Shown: piece after piece, positions 46,101-55,889 of the stretch | How the letters are laid out: every line of letters starts with the position of its first letter | Numbering within the stretch: the first letter of the stretch is position 1 | DNA from: Octopus vulgaris | Lineage: Eukaryota | Assembly: GCA_951406725.2 (NCBI GenBank) | Contig: OX597815.1 | Coordinates: 25,482,001-25,546,000 of the forward strand | Direction: 5' to 3' | Length of the DNA stretch: 64,000 nucleotides | The notes under the pieces: generated by a model | What the model saw: only the letters and a program-made list of their open reading frames with translations | What the model was told of the DNA's origin: nothing | Database searches by the model: none | Program-made: the position numbers and the translations under genes

Positions 46101-48623
46101 TTTTTTTGCATTGCTTATGTTTATTTCTGTCATCCCCACCTACTCTCTTTCTACTTTTCTATGCTCTTTCCTTTTTTTCTTAATTTCACATTTCTTTTTC
46201 TCATCTTTTCATTTAAAAATACACTCACATACACACACACTTTTATTCGCTTCTTATCATATGCATCTGACATATCTGTATCATTGTATTACACACATAT
46301 GTATATCTTCCTACTGTTTTCAGGCCAAAAATAAGATATCTTTTCGGTTTGAACAGCTGTCTTTTCTAGCGGTGTCATATGAAATTGTCACCCATAATTA
46401 TGACCCTAGTATCGATCTATTGCATTTCAATCTATTTTAGGGTTGAGGGTATCTTTTTTTTCTTCACAAATGTAAATAAACCCAATCTGTTTCTTAAACG
46501 AGGGACATATTCATACGGCACAGAATGTTGTTTACCTCAATGGACGTCAGTGATTAGTTGAAATTGCAGAAATTGAAGAAAAAAACAATAAATATCTTAC
46601 AAACTATAGAATTTTCTCAATAAAGCCAAGAGAAAAAGATGTTTTATAAACACATTCTACCAGTATACAAAGTTTAAAATTTTTTAGTTACCTAGAAATT
46701 ATGTTAAAAACTGCCGTTCAAACCGAAAAGATCCAAAATAGGTAATTTTAAAATAAAACAGCACAGTCAAGCTGTTTTATTTAGTGATTATTTTTCCTGA
46801 ATTTATTTTCTTTTATATAGACTGATTCCCTTGTTAAGATGAAACCAATAGAAAACAATACATAACTGAAAGATTAATAAGTTTTCATATTTTGATCAGT
46901 TTATGATTTACTGCAAATTTTTTAGACAACACGCAGAAGCAAAACAATTTGACTGTTCATTTTACTTGTGAAGCAGTCTTTCTTTATACTTTGTTTCAAT
47001 AGAAACAAAATTCTTCATTCAACATTGTATGGAGCTAATTACTGGCAGTAGATGACAATAAAAAAAAAGTATTTGATCTATAAAATATATATATGAAAAA
47101 TGCTGAATGTGAATGAGTTTCACATTTTTAGAAAAGGAAAACTTAATATCAGAAATACTAAATTTCTAAATCTCTCGTAGAGACATGTACGGTGGTGGGG
47201 CGATAGAATGGTTGTATACTGTCAATCTAACACGAACGTGACAGTAGGGGGTACACCACCGCTGTTTAGCCCTTGGAAAGCTTAATAATAACAGATAAAC
47301 CACAAATCCCTTCAGGTAGATGGCCTTGCTCGATCTGTAGAAAAGGCGTAGGTAAAAACTCCATGAGATGTACCTGGTGTAAGCTATGGACAAATAAGAG
47401 GTGCAGCAATATCAAAGGAAGGCTAAACTGGGAAGATAGTTTTTGTGCGGCTTAGGTGCAATAAATACTGAGAATGTGCAGAAAACAGCTTCCGTCACAT
47501 TCCAGGAGGGAAAACTCCCAAGTAGTTGATAGTTTCCATTACCTAGGTGCCCAAGTCAGTAGCAGGGTGGATGCTCTGAGAGTGTAGCTGCTAGAATGAG
47601 AATAGCCTGGGCAAAGTTCAAAGAGCTCCTACCTCTGCTGGTAACAAAAGGCCTCTTGCTCAGAGTAAAAGGTAGACTAGGAGGCATGTGTGCGAACAGC
47701 CTTGCTACATGGCAGTGAAACATGGGCCGTGACTGCTGAGGACATGCGTAAGCTTGCAAGGAATGAAGCTCCTGTGCTGGTGGCACGGAAAAAGCACCAT
47801 TTGAGCGTGGTCGTTACCTGTGCCACTGACTAGCTCCTGTGCCGGTGGCACGTAAAAAGCACCATTCAGTCATGGTTGATGCCAGTACCGCCTGACTGGC
47901 CCTTGTACCAGTGGCATGTAAAAAGCACCCACTACACTCTTAGAGTGGTTGGTGTTAGGAAGGGCATCCAGCTGTAGAAACTGCCAGATCAGATTGGGGC
48001 CTGGTGCAGCCTTCTGGCTTGTCAGCCCTCAATCAAACCGTCAAACCCATACCAGCATGGAAAGCGGAAGTTAAATGACAATGATGATGATGAACAGCCA
48101 ATCCAGTTAAGATATTTGCCTACCTTTCTACACATTAAAATCAGAACATTTTATATTTAGCCATCAGTAACTAAAGCCTGTAACCTTTAATGGTGCAGTC
48201 CACATGACTGAGGATTGCTACTGTGGATAGAATTTCAGCTTGTTTATCAATAGTAGTGCATAACTGTTGTGTATGCTATCATTAAGATGCTGAAATAAGA
48301 ATTTTTTTTTTCTTTTACAGTCTTGTTTTCTGATTTCTCTCTATTTACTGATTTTACCATTTGTTTAATTCTATGTTTTGGGTCCACGTTTTATGATTTG
48401 ACATTATTAATTTGTCCAGTAATGTGAAAACAAAAAGCATTTCTCCATTCTTATATTTTGATTTGTTTTATCTTCGTATATTCAGCTTGACGTAAAACAA
48501 GCAAAGATAATTGAGGACCACCCACAATGGGAAATTTCTGATGATGACGATGATAAGAAGGAAGAGGAGGCTAGTGGAGATTCTGACTATTCTACAGACA
48601 ATGAAGAATCTGATTCTGAATAA
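12003..48623 (+). CDS. SEC63: SEC63 translocation protein (ERdj2/DNAJC23), complete, 19 coding exons, 775 aa
   Basis: N-terminus [19 protein letters not shown]-domain [66 protein letters not shown] and acidic C-terminus. All 18 introns are GT-AG with consistent phase; exon lengths sum to 2328 nt. Confidence 0.97.
14630..15011. mobile_element. Old MITE/foldback with ~85-bp imperfect inverted repeats
   Basis: 14630-14715 is the reverse complement of 14926-15011 (gcaggcccaag...ttctacttgtt / aacaagtagaa...cttgggcctgc). Confidence 0.6.
15610..15893 (+). mobile_element. tRNA-derived SINE family D
   Basis: A-box tggcctagtgg, B-box ggttcgaatc; homologous to the 25093 copy. Confidence 0.8.
17960..18511 (+). 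mobile_element. RTE-LINE 3' end (ORF end + family A UTR)
   Basis: [13 protein letters not shown]...WRYAVLEKT runs directly into the family A UTR and (GAT)n tail, linking family A to the RTE LINE. Confidence 0.8.
18754..18859 (+). CDS. SEC63: SEC63 exon 2
   Basis: tag|ATAGT; [30 protein letters not shown]; AT|GTAAGT. Confidence 0.9.
19326..19893. mobile_element. Two family A copies in inverted orientation (19326-19620 minus; 19665-19893 plus)
   Basis: (CAT)n at the left end, (GAT)n at the right end, complementary cores. Confidence 0.85.
20236..20668. mobile_element. Tandem pair of piggyBac-type MITEs
   Basis: TTAA|CCCTTTAG...AAAGGG|TTAA|CCCTTTAG...CTAAAGGG|TTAA with shared central TTAA at 20446-20449. 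Confidence 0.75.
20828..20942 (+). CDS. SEC63: SEC63 exon 3 (TM2, start of J-domain)
   Basis: [19 protein letters not shown]...[11 protein letters not shown]; AGG|GTGAGT. Confidence 0.95.
21043..21285 (-). mobile_element. Family A RTE 3' UTR copy nested in an older SINE
   Basis: (CAT)n tail and family A core. Confidence 0.8.
22752..23029 (+). mobile_element. Family A RTE 3' UTR copy
   Basis: Family A core + (GAT)n. Confidence 0.8.
23114..24497 (+). mobile_element. Non-autonomous Helitron carrying a PIF1-like RepHel helicase fragment
   Basis: TC start; hairpin CCCGAGCAACGCCGGG + CTAG at 24494-24497; 23913-24390 encodes [14 protein letters not shown]...YPIEVLNS / [29 protein letters not shown] (frameshifted). 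Confidence 0.88.
23913..24390 (+). pseudogene. Helitron PIF1-type helicase fragment
   Basis: Conserved PIF1/RepHel motifs with a frameshift near 24270. Confidence 0.85.
24511..24851 (+). mobile_element. Short non-autonomous Helitron (family 2)
   Basis: atatataaacggcaaaatgtctgtg head; 16-bp-stem terminal hairpin ending in CTAG; homologous to 38950-39310. Confidence 0.75.
25093..25402 (+). mobile_element. tRNA-derived SINE family D
   Basis: tRNA-like head, (AAAC)n tail, TSD actgattatct at 25082-25092 and 25403-25413. Confidence 0.88.
26035..26150 (+). CDS. SEC63: SEC63 exon 4 (J-domain HPD)
   Basis: [38 protein letters not shown]; GC|GTAAGT. Confidence 0.95.
26424..26485 (+). CDS. SEC63: SEC63 exon 5
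   Basis: [20 protein letters not shown]. Confidence 0.95.
26833..26891 (+). CDS. SEC63: SEC63 exon 6
   Basis: [19 protein letters not shown]; TGG|GTAAGT. Confidence 0.95.
27095..27300 (-). mobile_element. Penelope-like terminal repeat with minimal hammerhead motif
   Basis: Minus strand CTGACGAAGAGCTCCGCTCGAAAC at 27202-27225, next to (TA)n. Confidence 0.6.
28001..28051 (+). CDS. SEC63: SEC63 exon 7 (TM3)
   Basis: [17 protein letters not shown]; GTG|GTAAGT. Confidence 0.95.
28260..29070 (+). mobile_element. R2/R4-superfamily non-LTR retrotransposon RLE-domain remnant, split by a family A insertion
   Basis: [22 protein letters not shown]|[30 protein letters not shown]. Confidence 0.65.
28578..28878 (-). 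mobile_element. Family A RTE 3' UTR copy
   Basis: (CAT)n tail and core with internal tandem units. Confidence 0.8.
29281..29664 (-). mobile_element. tRNA-derived SINE family D variant, young
   Basis: Minus-strand head ggaggcgcaatggcccagtggttaggg...ggtttcgattccc; TSD atccatgatgt at 29270-29280 and 29665-29675; CpGs retained. Confidence 0.9.
29808..29916 (+). CDS. SEC63: SEC63 exon 8
   Basis: [36 protein letters not shown]; C|GTGAGT. Confidence 0.95.
30191..30562 (-). mobile_element. CR1-clade LINE 3' fragment
   Basis: MDSLKLRR...TRGHAYK...[14 protein letters not shown]; (ATT)n tail. Confidence 0.85.
30772..30866 (+). CDS. SEC63: SEC63 exon 9
   Basis: [31 protein letters not shown]; GCT|GTATGT. 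Confidence 0.93.
30884..31263 (+). mobile_element. Non-autonomous Helitron
   Basis: A|TC start, CCCGAGCAACGCCGGG hairpin, CTAG|T end; begins 17 nt after the exon 9 donor. Confidence 0.8.
32420..32625 (-). mobile_element. Penelope-like terminal repeat with degenerate hammerhead motif
   Basis: Minus strand CTGTTGAAGAGCGTAGGCTCGAAACGTA; flanked by (TA)n; related to 27095-27300. Confidence 0.55.
33213..33348 (+). CDS. SEC63: SEC63 exon 10
   Basis: [35 protein letters not shown]; G|GTAAGC. Confidence 0.95.
33974..34200 (+). mobile_element. tRNA-derived SINE (family E)
   Basis: tggcttagtggttaggg A-box, ggtttcgattcc B-box, gttcttgagcaa core. Confidence 0.75.
34660..34752 (+). CDS. SEC63: SEC63 exon 11
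   Basis: [22 protein letters not shown]; T|GTAAGT. Confidence 0.93.
34840..35395 (-). mobile_element. CR1-clade LINE 3' fragment
   Basis: [25 protein letters not shown]...WNKLP. Confidence 0.85.
36670..36815 (+). CDS. SEC63: SEC63 exon 12
   Basis: [33 protein letters not shown]; AAA|GTAAGA. Confidence 0.93.
37410..37557 (+). CDS. SEC63: SEC63 exon 13
   Basis: [42 protein letters not shown]; G|GTAACT. Confidence 0.93.
37603..37824 (-). mobile_element. SINE family B
   Basis: TSD tttcttgaaatacct at 37588-37602 and 37825-37839. Confidence 0.88.
38735..38916 (+). CDS. SEC63: SEC63 exon 14
   Basis: [25 protein letters not shown]...EEAESR; AGG|GTTTGT. Confidence 0.9.
38951..40171 (-). mobile_element. 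Helitron family 2, with a CR1 LINE inserted in its 5' (TA)n
   Basis: 3' CTAG at 38951-38954; body to 39310; 5' TCTCTCTCTAT terminus found beyond the LINE at 40161-40171. Confidence 0.7.
39311..40160 (-). mobile_element. CR1-clade LINE 3' portion (RT C-terminus, ORF 39381-40106 intact)
   Basis: [10 protein letters not shown]...[12 protein letters not shown]...[20 protein letters not shown]...VQRRATK; (ATT)n tail. Confidence 0.9.
41220..41501 (+). mobile_element. Family A copy with a ~24-bp tandem array
   Basis: Repeated ccacataaaa.tgcc units, then family A core and (GAT)n. Confidence 0.7.
41862..42080 (+). CDS. SEC63: SEC63 exon 15 (Lys-rich, poly-Ala)
   Basis: [23 protein letters not shown]...[14 protein letters not shown]...ASSE; GAG|GTATTT. 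Confidence 0.88.
42246..42464. mobile_element. hAT-type MITE
   Basis: TIR CAGTGGTTTTCAACC / GGTTGAAAAGCACTG; perfect 8-bp TSD ATCTACAA. Confidence 0.88.
42832..42882. repeat. (TA)n microsatellite
   Basis: Seen directly; second tract at 43108-43137. Confidence 0.95.
43359..43583 (+). CDS. SEC63: SEC63 exon 16
   Basis: PAEVENG...[10 protein letters not shown]...[18 protein letters not shown]; ATT|GTGAGT. Confidence 0.92.
43668..43933 (-). mobile_element. CR1-clade LINE short 3' fragment
   Basis: Near-identical to 34840-35110. Confidence 0.8.
44246..44580 (+). mobile_element. tRNA-derived SINE (family E), young
   Basis: A-box tggctcagtgg, B-box agctcgaatccc; TSD ttatacatctcat at 44233-44245 and 44581-44593. 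Confidence 0.9.
44711..45060 (-). mobile_element. Second RTE-clade LINE 3' fragment
   Basis: [13 protein letters not shown]...QLKTW; (TACAAG)n tail; paralog at 55890-56450. Confidence 0.8.
45319..45539. mobile_element. piggyBac-type MITE
   Basis: TTAA|CCCTTTAG...CTAAAGGG|TTAA; reverse-orientation relative of 20450-20668. Confidence 0.8.
45720..45818 (+). CDS. SEC63: SEC63 exon 17
   Basis: [22 protein letters not shown]; AAG|GTAACT. Confidence 0.95.
45988..46092 (+). CDS. SEC63: SEC63 exon 18
   Basis: [30 protein letters not shown]; AGG|GTAAGT. Confidence 0.95.
46337..46732. mobile_element. MITE with ~19-bp TIR
   Basis: ATCTTTTCGGTTTGAAC ... GTTCAAACCGAAAAGAT. Confidence 0.75.
47270..48093 (+). 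mobile_element. RTE-type LINE fragment (Cys-rich insert, RT C-terminus, family A UTR)
   Basis: [25 protein letters not shown]; VVDSFHYLG; [12 protein letters not shown]; (GAT)n tail. Confidence 0.8.
48486..48623 (+). CDS. SEC63: SEC63 exon 19 (terminal, acidic tail, TAA)
   Basis: [28 protein letters not shown]...SDSE*. Confidence 0.93.
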   Translation, partial: LDVKQAKIIEDHPQWEISDDDDDKKEEEASGDSDYSTDNEESDSE

Positions 48624-49745
48624 ATATATTTTGATGTACAAGTGTTGATGTCAGTTTTATAAACCCAATAACTACAGGCTTTTGGGGTTTGTGTTTTTTT
48701 TTTTTTTTTCCAACTCCTTTTGTTAACATCTCAGCTGTTCGTCTCATCACTGTTGTGCCCCAGTATATTTCCAAGAATATTACTGAGATAATTCTTAGAA
48801 AAAGCAATGCTTTTTTTATATGTGATACTTTATGCATCATATGTGATGAATTTCTTTAAATCTCATGAATCTATTTCATCGACGAAGTTTGTAAAACATG
48901 AAAAAAAGCCCAAGACAACACTAACAGTTACACCAATGCATTCAATACAGCAATCATTAGGGAAGGATTGTAATAAGCATTCCTTTGTATGTTGAAGCTA
49001 CGAAGCCTTTCCCAGATCATTTCACGGCAGCAATGTAGCATTTAGTTTTCTAGTTTCAGTGTTTGAAAGATGAACAGATTAAAAGACAAAAGATATTTTT
49101 TTTAGGTTATTATTTATAGATTTTCAAGTCTTGAAACGGGAAATAAAGCTGTTCTCCATACTCCAATAAAACAAATGATCCATTTACCAGTAAACAGAGA
49201 AAGACTAAAATGATAAAAAATAATAATATTAATAATAATAATAATATTAATGATGATGAGTCCATTATGAAATAATGATTTAAAAAATATATTACAGTTT
49301 TATTAATATTTAATTGTTAAATTTTCATATGCTTGTGTTGTTTCATTCATTTTTAAACAGAGTTGTGTTGGCTTTCTGACTGTTTTGCCTTCCTATGATT
49401 TCTCATGGAATATTTTTTTAATGCTTATTTAAACACACAACTGGAACATTTTACTTTAAATGTGTATATTTTTTATTTTACTATTATTTTATTTTCTTTA
49501 TATTTTTGTCCCAAATTTATTTGACCAAATTTTGCTGAAATATTAGGTGCATGCACTGTTTACCTTTGTTTAAAGGTAAAATGGGTAATTAGAGGACAAA
49601 CAGCTTGTAGGTTTCTTCAGAACAAGCATTCAAGAATCATTTTATAATCAACAGACCAAAAACAATTCAATCTTCTTTGGAACTTCTGTACATAATTTCT
49701 GTAATACTCTGTTAACTTCACTTAAAGCTAATAAAATCACTATTG
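48624..49745 (+). other. SEC63 3' UTR with candidate polyA signals
   Basis: Repeat-free AU-rich stretch after the stop; AATAAA at ~49142, ~49165 and ~49730. Confidence 0.5.
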
Positions 49746-49868
49746 AAAATCCTGCTTCAATATTTCCCTTTCTTTTCCTCTTTTATCCATTGATTTGATT
49801 TCCGCTACTGCTGCTGCTGCCATCATTGTTGTTCCTTCAACAGCATCAAGACATGAATCACCTCTCAT

Positions 49869-50055
49869 ATCATCATCATCGTTTAACGTCCGTTCTCCAT
49901 GCTAGCATGGGTTGGATGGTTCGACCGGGGATCTGGGAAGCCAGAAGTCTGCACCAGGCTCCGGTCTTATCTGGCAATGTTTCTACAGCTGGATGCCCTT
50001 CCTAACGCCAACCACTCCGTGAGTGTAGTGGGTGCTTTTTACGTGCCACCTGCAC
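49869..50055 (-). mobile_element. Family A copy
   Basis: (CAT)n tail and core. Confidence 0.8.
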
Positions 50056-50138
50056 TGTGTAGTGGGTAAAAACAATCTTGCACTACTTCCTTCTTTTGCA
50101 TGAAAAGCACACAGCTAAGGCATTCAAACTTACTACCT

Positions 50139-50367
50139 ATTTCTTTATTACCCACAATGGGCTAAACATAGAGGGGACAAACAAGGACAGACAAAGGTAT
50201 TAAGTAGATTACATCAACCCCAGTGCCTAACTGGTACTTAATTTATCGACCCCGAAAGGATGAAAGGCAAAGTCGACCTCGGCGGAATTTGAACTCAGAA
50301 CGTAACGGCAGACAAAATACCGCTAAGCATCTCGCCCGATGTGCTAACGATACTGCCAGCTCGCCGC
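50139..50367 (-). mobile_element. SINE family B
   Basis: TSD cttactacct at 50129-50138 and 50368-50377. Confidence 0.85.
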
Positions 50368-50913
50368 CTTACTACCTGTTTTTAACTTTGCAGTCTCTCA
50401 CCAACTCATTGCAGTATAATATATATAACGTTGGACCTCATTGCAGTATAATATATATAACAATAGGCACTGACTACACTCCTCTAAGCATGGCTCCATG
50501 GTTAAGAAGCTTGCTTTCCAACCAAGTGATTTCAGGTTTTGTTCCACAGCATGACACCTTGGATAAGAGTCTTCTATAGACCCAGGTGAATAATTGATTG
50601 TGACCTTTGGTGATATGCTCTGCTTGAGAAGACTCGTCAAGCTAGGTGAAATCGTAGTTGTGGTTGATACCAGTGCCATGTAACTGGCACCTTGAACCAG
50701 AGGCACATAAAAAGCACCCATTACACACTTGGAGTGGTTGGCACTAGGAAGGGCATCCAGCCATAGAAACCATGGCAAATCAGACTGGAACCTGGTGCAG
50801 CTATCCAGCTTACTAATTTCAGTCAAACCATCTAACTCATGCAAGTATGGAAAGCAGATGCTGAATGATGATGAACATTACTGGATAATAAAATGACAAG
50901 TTAGTAAAGATAG

Positions 50914-51288
50914 TGCAGGAGTGGCTGTGTGGTAAGTAGCTTGTTTACCAACTGCATGGTTCCGGGTTCAGTCCCACTGCGTGGCACCTTGGGCAAGTGT
51001 CTTCTACTATAGCCTCAGGCCGACCAAAGCCTTGTGAGTGGATTTCGTAGACGGAAACTGAAAGAAGCCTGTTGTATATATGTATATGTATGTGTGTGTT
51101 TGTCCTCCTAGCATTGCTTGACAACCGATGCTGGTGTGTTTACGTCGCCGTTACTTAGCGGTTCGGCAAAAGAGACCGATAGAATAAGTACTGGGCTTAC
51201 AAAGAATAAGTCCCGGGGTCGATTTGCTCAACTAAAGGCGGTGCTCCAGCATGGCCGCAGTCAAATGACTGAAACAAGTAAAAGAGTA
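50914..51288 (+). mobile_element. tRNA-derived SINE family C (CORE-like ccttgggcaagt)
   Basis: tggctgtgtgg A-box, ggttcagtccc B-box, internal (TA)(TG)n, gtaaaagagta tail; further copies near 3700, 16970, 17430, 36230, 40720, 58560 and 61410. Confidence 0.85.
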
Positions 51289-51521
51289 TGAGGCATTAGG
51301 TAATTGCCAGTGCCTCAAGTTTAACTACTAAGGTAAACTTTGCCTTTCATTCTTTCTATGTTGACAAAAGTACCAATCCAGGGCAGTGGATTGGCAGAAC
51401 TGTTAGTACTGGGCAAGAGAGCTTGTGTCTGTTCTGACTTTTACAAAATCCAACTAAAACATCTGGTTGATTGTCAGACATGCTTACTTTCCCCATTATA
51501 CATACTTGCTGCCCACATACT

Positions 51522-51925
51522 TGTTTACTCTTTTACTTGTTTCAGTCATTTGACTGAGGCCATGCTGGAGCACCGCCATTGGTTGAGCAAATCGACCCCG
51601 GGACTTATTCTTTGTAAACCTAGTACTTATTCTATTGGTCTCTTTTGCCGAACCGCTAAGTTACGGGGACGTAAATACACCAGCGCCGGTTGTCAAGCAA
51701 TGCTAGAGGGACAAACACAGACACAAACATATACACACACATGCATATATATACATATATACGACAGGCTTCTTTCAGTTTCCGTCTACGAAATCCACTC
51801 ACAAGGCTTTGGTTGGTCCGAGGCTATAGCAGAAGACACTTGCCCAAGATGCCACGCAGTGGGACTGAACCCGGAACCATGTGGTTGGTTAGCAAGCTAC
51901 TTACCACACAGCCACTCCTGCGCCT
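51522..51925 (-). mobile_element. SINE family C
   Basis: Reverse complement of the 50914 copy. Confidence 0.85.
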
Positions 51926-53020
51926 GTACACTTCTGCATATCTTTCTGCTTCTGTTTCTTCTACAATAGCTTCTATTGTTTTTGAACTATCCAGCTGCAC
52001 ATTACTTCTGCCCTTGCTTATGTAATGCACCAGCTGTTCCTCCACTTGTCATTCCGATTATCTTTCACTTCACGCTGAACAATTCACCCATTCATTCTTC
52101 CCTGGATCTGCAGTCATCTGAAATTCTTCCCACCCTCATATTTTTTCCTTCACTTATTAAATTTGCCTGAAGTTCAAGCTGAACATCTACAAAATTAATC
52201 TCAACGAATGGGAGTCCCTCCCACCCCAGGTTGATAGGCACTGACTACACTCCTCTAAGCACGGCTCCATGATTAAGAAGCTTGCTTCTCAACCAAGTGA
52301 TTTCAGGTTTAGTTCCACAGCATGACACATTGGATAAGTGTCTTCTATAGATCCAGGTTAACCAAAACCTTGTTGTGTGTGGATTTAGTACATAGACACT
52401 GAAAAAAAACCTATTGTGTGTGTGTGTGGCAGGATATTTGGCCATAGAAAATCTACTTCAAAAAATTCTAACACCTGCAAACATAGAAAAGTGAACATTA
52501 CATGATGAATCCACTTACGATATTAATTTGTCCTTGTATGTCTATTGAGGATGTGTGGAAATATTTCCAAATCCAGAAGGGTGATCTGGTGTCCAAAGAC
52601 CAAAGTGCTAATTAGTAACTGAGCACAGTATTTCAATATCACTTCGGAAATGAATTTGTTTGATACGTAGTCGACAGTTCTAATTCATATGTACTCAGCG
52701 AACTTACTAATTGCAGTTAGGTCTTATGTCAAGGAGGGAGTCATTTCGTAGTTACTCAATCTGCTAAAAATAGCCATCAAATTTTCTTTGCACTACATTT
52801 TATTGTTTTAAAGGGAGTAGATGTTGGATAATGTAGTCTGGAAAGATGGTTGATCATGTCAGGAATGGCTTCAACCCTAGATATACTTGACCAAGCTGAT
52901 GTTGGGCTAAACAATTGTGTGCTAAGTGGAGTTGCTAAGAAACTGCTAAATCTAGCTTTCTGTCTGGTTTTCTCTGGATGAATGACCTCTCTTACTACCA
53001 AGTCATTTGAATCTCTTAGT

Positions 53021-53511
53021 CATCATCATTATCGTTATCGTTTAACGTCCGTTTTCCATGCTAGTATGGGTTGGATGGTTCGACTGGGGATCTGGGAAGC
53101 CAGAAGGCTGCACCAGGCTCCAGTCTGATCTGGCAGTGTTTCTTCAGCTGGATGCCCTTCCTAACGCCAACCACTCCGTGAGTGCTTTTTATGTGCCAGG
53201 GGAGGTTGGCAATGGCCACGATCAGTTGGTGCTTTTTACATGTCACCAGCACGGAAGCCAGTCAAGGTGGCGCTGGCATCGACCACGTACAGATGGTGCT
53301 TTTTACATGCCACCGGCACAGGTGCCAGGGGAGGCTGGCAACATCCACGATCGGTTGGTGGTTTTTACGTCCCACCGACATGGAAGCCAGTCAAGATGGC
53401 GCTGGCATCAGCCACATACGGATGGTGCTTTTTATGTGCCACTGGCACAGGTGCCAGGGTAGGCTGGCAATGGCCATGATCGGTTGGTGCTTAGTACGTG
53501 CCACCAGCACT
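53021..53511 (-). mobile_element. Family A copy with expanded internal minisatellite
   Basis: Six gtgctttttacgtgccacc-type repeats with alternating spacers. Confidence 0.8.
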
Positions 53512-54913
53512 TAGTGTAGATACTTATTTCTGAGTATATTTTATCTTTTAATTCTTATATAGGTATAAAAATATAAAGTTTATTTTTAAAAAAATCTAAA
53601 CTAGTTTTACATGTGGAAATTCTGACTCATCTAAAAATTATTAGAGTTGGATGTATGCAGGAGACTGAAATTTTGATTCGATAAGTCTCTCAATTTCAGA
53701 ATTCTTCATGAAGTGTAATGACTAAATGCAAATCTCTTTGGTGACTGAGATAAATCTAATTAAATGAGTCCTAGCCAGAGTTAATGCCCCCTCAATTCTG
53801 GAGCCAATGGGATTACTAGGGATGATAGTAAGAGACTCAATGGACTGACTAGATGTCTAATCTCTATATCTGGCTTTATGGAAATTATACTGATAGTGAC
53901 TGAGAATAAGGAAACTCAAAGTGAAGATGGTTACTTACAATCATCGCTTTTTGGATAGTGAGATTGAGAGGAGGATAGTAAGGTCACAAACGTTACTTGT
54001 CTTAAAGGATGGACTGAACTGATTTTGCAAGTTTAATACAGAGACCTCTGGGATGTACGAGGGGATGCTGAAAAATTCTTGGCTTTGGGTAAAAGAAAAT
54101 ACAGGAGGATCAGTTATGATTTTATTCAATCCTAACTTTCTAAGATTCACACACTTATTGCAGTGGTCCTTCAGTTTTAATAAGCTCTGTGAAAGAACTC
54201 AGAAGGTTGAGCCTCCAACCAGGCCTTTTGTGATACCCTTAAAGCCAGAGACTTTCCAGCACCCCCTTGTACAGTCTGATGGTAAGGGACACTTAGGGCT
54301 GGTTTCCCTGTAAGTTTGGGTTTATTGAAGACTTCAGGAAGTGGCTGGTGTGTCAGGAAGGAGAATTTGGGAGGAATTTTGTAGCTTTTATTATTATTAT
54401 TATTAGGGATGAAAAGGCTCAACTATAATTTTGGAGATAGTAACCATAGAAAATGTTCTTTTAAGTGAACTGGTTTGGGGTTTTGTGGAAGGTCTTATCT
54501 AGGTGTATAATTTTGGTCACCTTGTCTTAGACGGGCCATTTTATTAATTCTGAAGGGCACAAAAGCATTGTGCACTGCTTATGACAGTGTAGTTGCTAGC
54601 AAACATGGAGACTGATCTAGTGAAAGATGTGACAGCCTGAGAGATAGAGGAGGCTTGCACCAGTATTCAGCTGATACTCAGTTTCAGTTGAGTAAACTAG
54701 GGTAACCTGGAATAAAGTGCTTTACAGAAGGATACAGTGTGGCACTGGACAAACAGTTGAGACCACAACCTTAGGATAGTGAGGCCAGCACCCTAGCCCA
54801 AGCCATACAGCTTTTGAAAGGTGATCCTGTTAAAAGCAAAGAAAAGTAATACAATAGTAGAATTGTTCACTTAAACCATCACCTGCATGGTTACTAGCAA
54901 TATTTTTGTAAAA

Positions 54914-55408
54914 CCATAAATCCTTGAGTATAATACGCAGGGGATTTTTAGGGGGCTGTACCTCTGAAAAACCTAAACCTTGTGTATAATACGCACCCCT
55001 TCTCTAACTTGAGTCAAGGAGGTCTATATAACGTCTTTGGTTTGTAAAAATGTATACGGTAACGTCCTTTATTATTATTGCATATATAACATAATGCAAA
55101 TGTGTAGCTTTTTTGTGCATTTTGTTTGCAGAAAATAAAGAAATAACAGTAATAACGTTTAATAAATGTTGTTTACTGCAAGTTATGGATGATTCTTTTA
55201 TGACTTCATTGCTTTCAGGCTTAGCTTAAGGTATTTTCGCACCCTACATCACAAAATGCGTCTGAATAAACATAGCCAGACAGCATATAGAGACTTAGAC
55301 ACTGCTTAGAAAATAGTTTTCATTTTTAACCTCGTATATAATATGCTCTAGGGAATTTGACCTTTAAATTTTGGGAAAAAAATGCAGATTATACTCGAGG
55401 ATTTATGG
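54914..55408. mobile_element. Tc1/mariner (pogo/Tc2-like) MITE
   Basis: TIR CCATAAATCCTTGAGTATAAT / ATTATACTCGAGGATTTATGG|TA. Confidence 0.75.
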
Positions 55409-55889
55409 TATTTATGCCATTTCACTTGTCTCTCTCTCTCTCTGGTTTAATCTAGTACGTGTTATCCTGAATGTAGGCCCTAGAACTTGATATTTCAGTA
55501 TATGAAGATGTAGGTAAAGTAACACCCAGTGATATAAAAATAAAATTTGGTGATAAAATTCAGAGAATATAGATGTTGTCAGTATGTTTGGTTGCAGTGA
55601 GGAGTAGAAGAATTTGATGTTTTGGGCACAAACCCTTTAAGCCCTAAAAGAAAATGTTTTTCATTTCACACAGCAACCAATAAACTCAAGGATTTTATTA
55701 CCATTAATATATAACTGGAATGAAGGAGTCTGTACATGGTTACTCGATCAGCTCAAATAGCAGTCAAATCTCCCTAAAACGACAACTTGTCTTGAAGAAA
55801 GAAAGATATATTAGCAAATGTTATCCTAGTGACACAAAAATCCAGAGTGGTCCCATTTGCAATACCTTTGATCATACAACTGTCCAGTT

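Noticed and set aside
51340-52025. Long ORFs (209 aa and 111 aa)
   Set aside because: Antisense translation of SINE family C and microsatellite
53177-53511. CRISPR-like repeat/spacer appearance
   Set aside because: Eukaryotic context, no cas genes, spacers recur in an A/B pattern, and the array is part of a LINE 3' UTR
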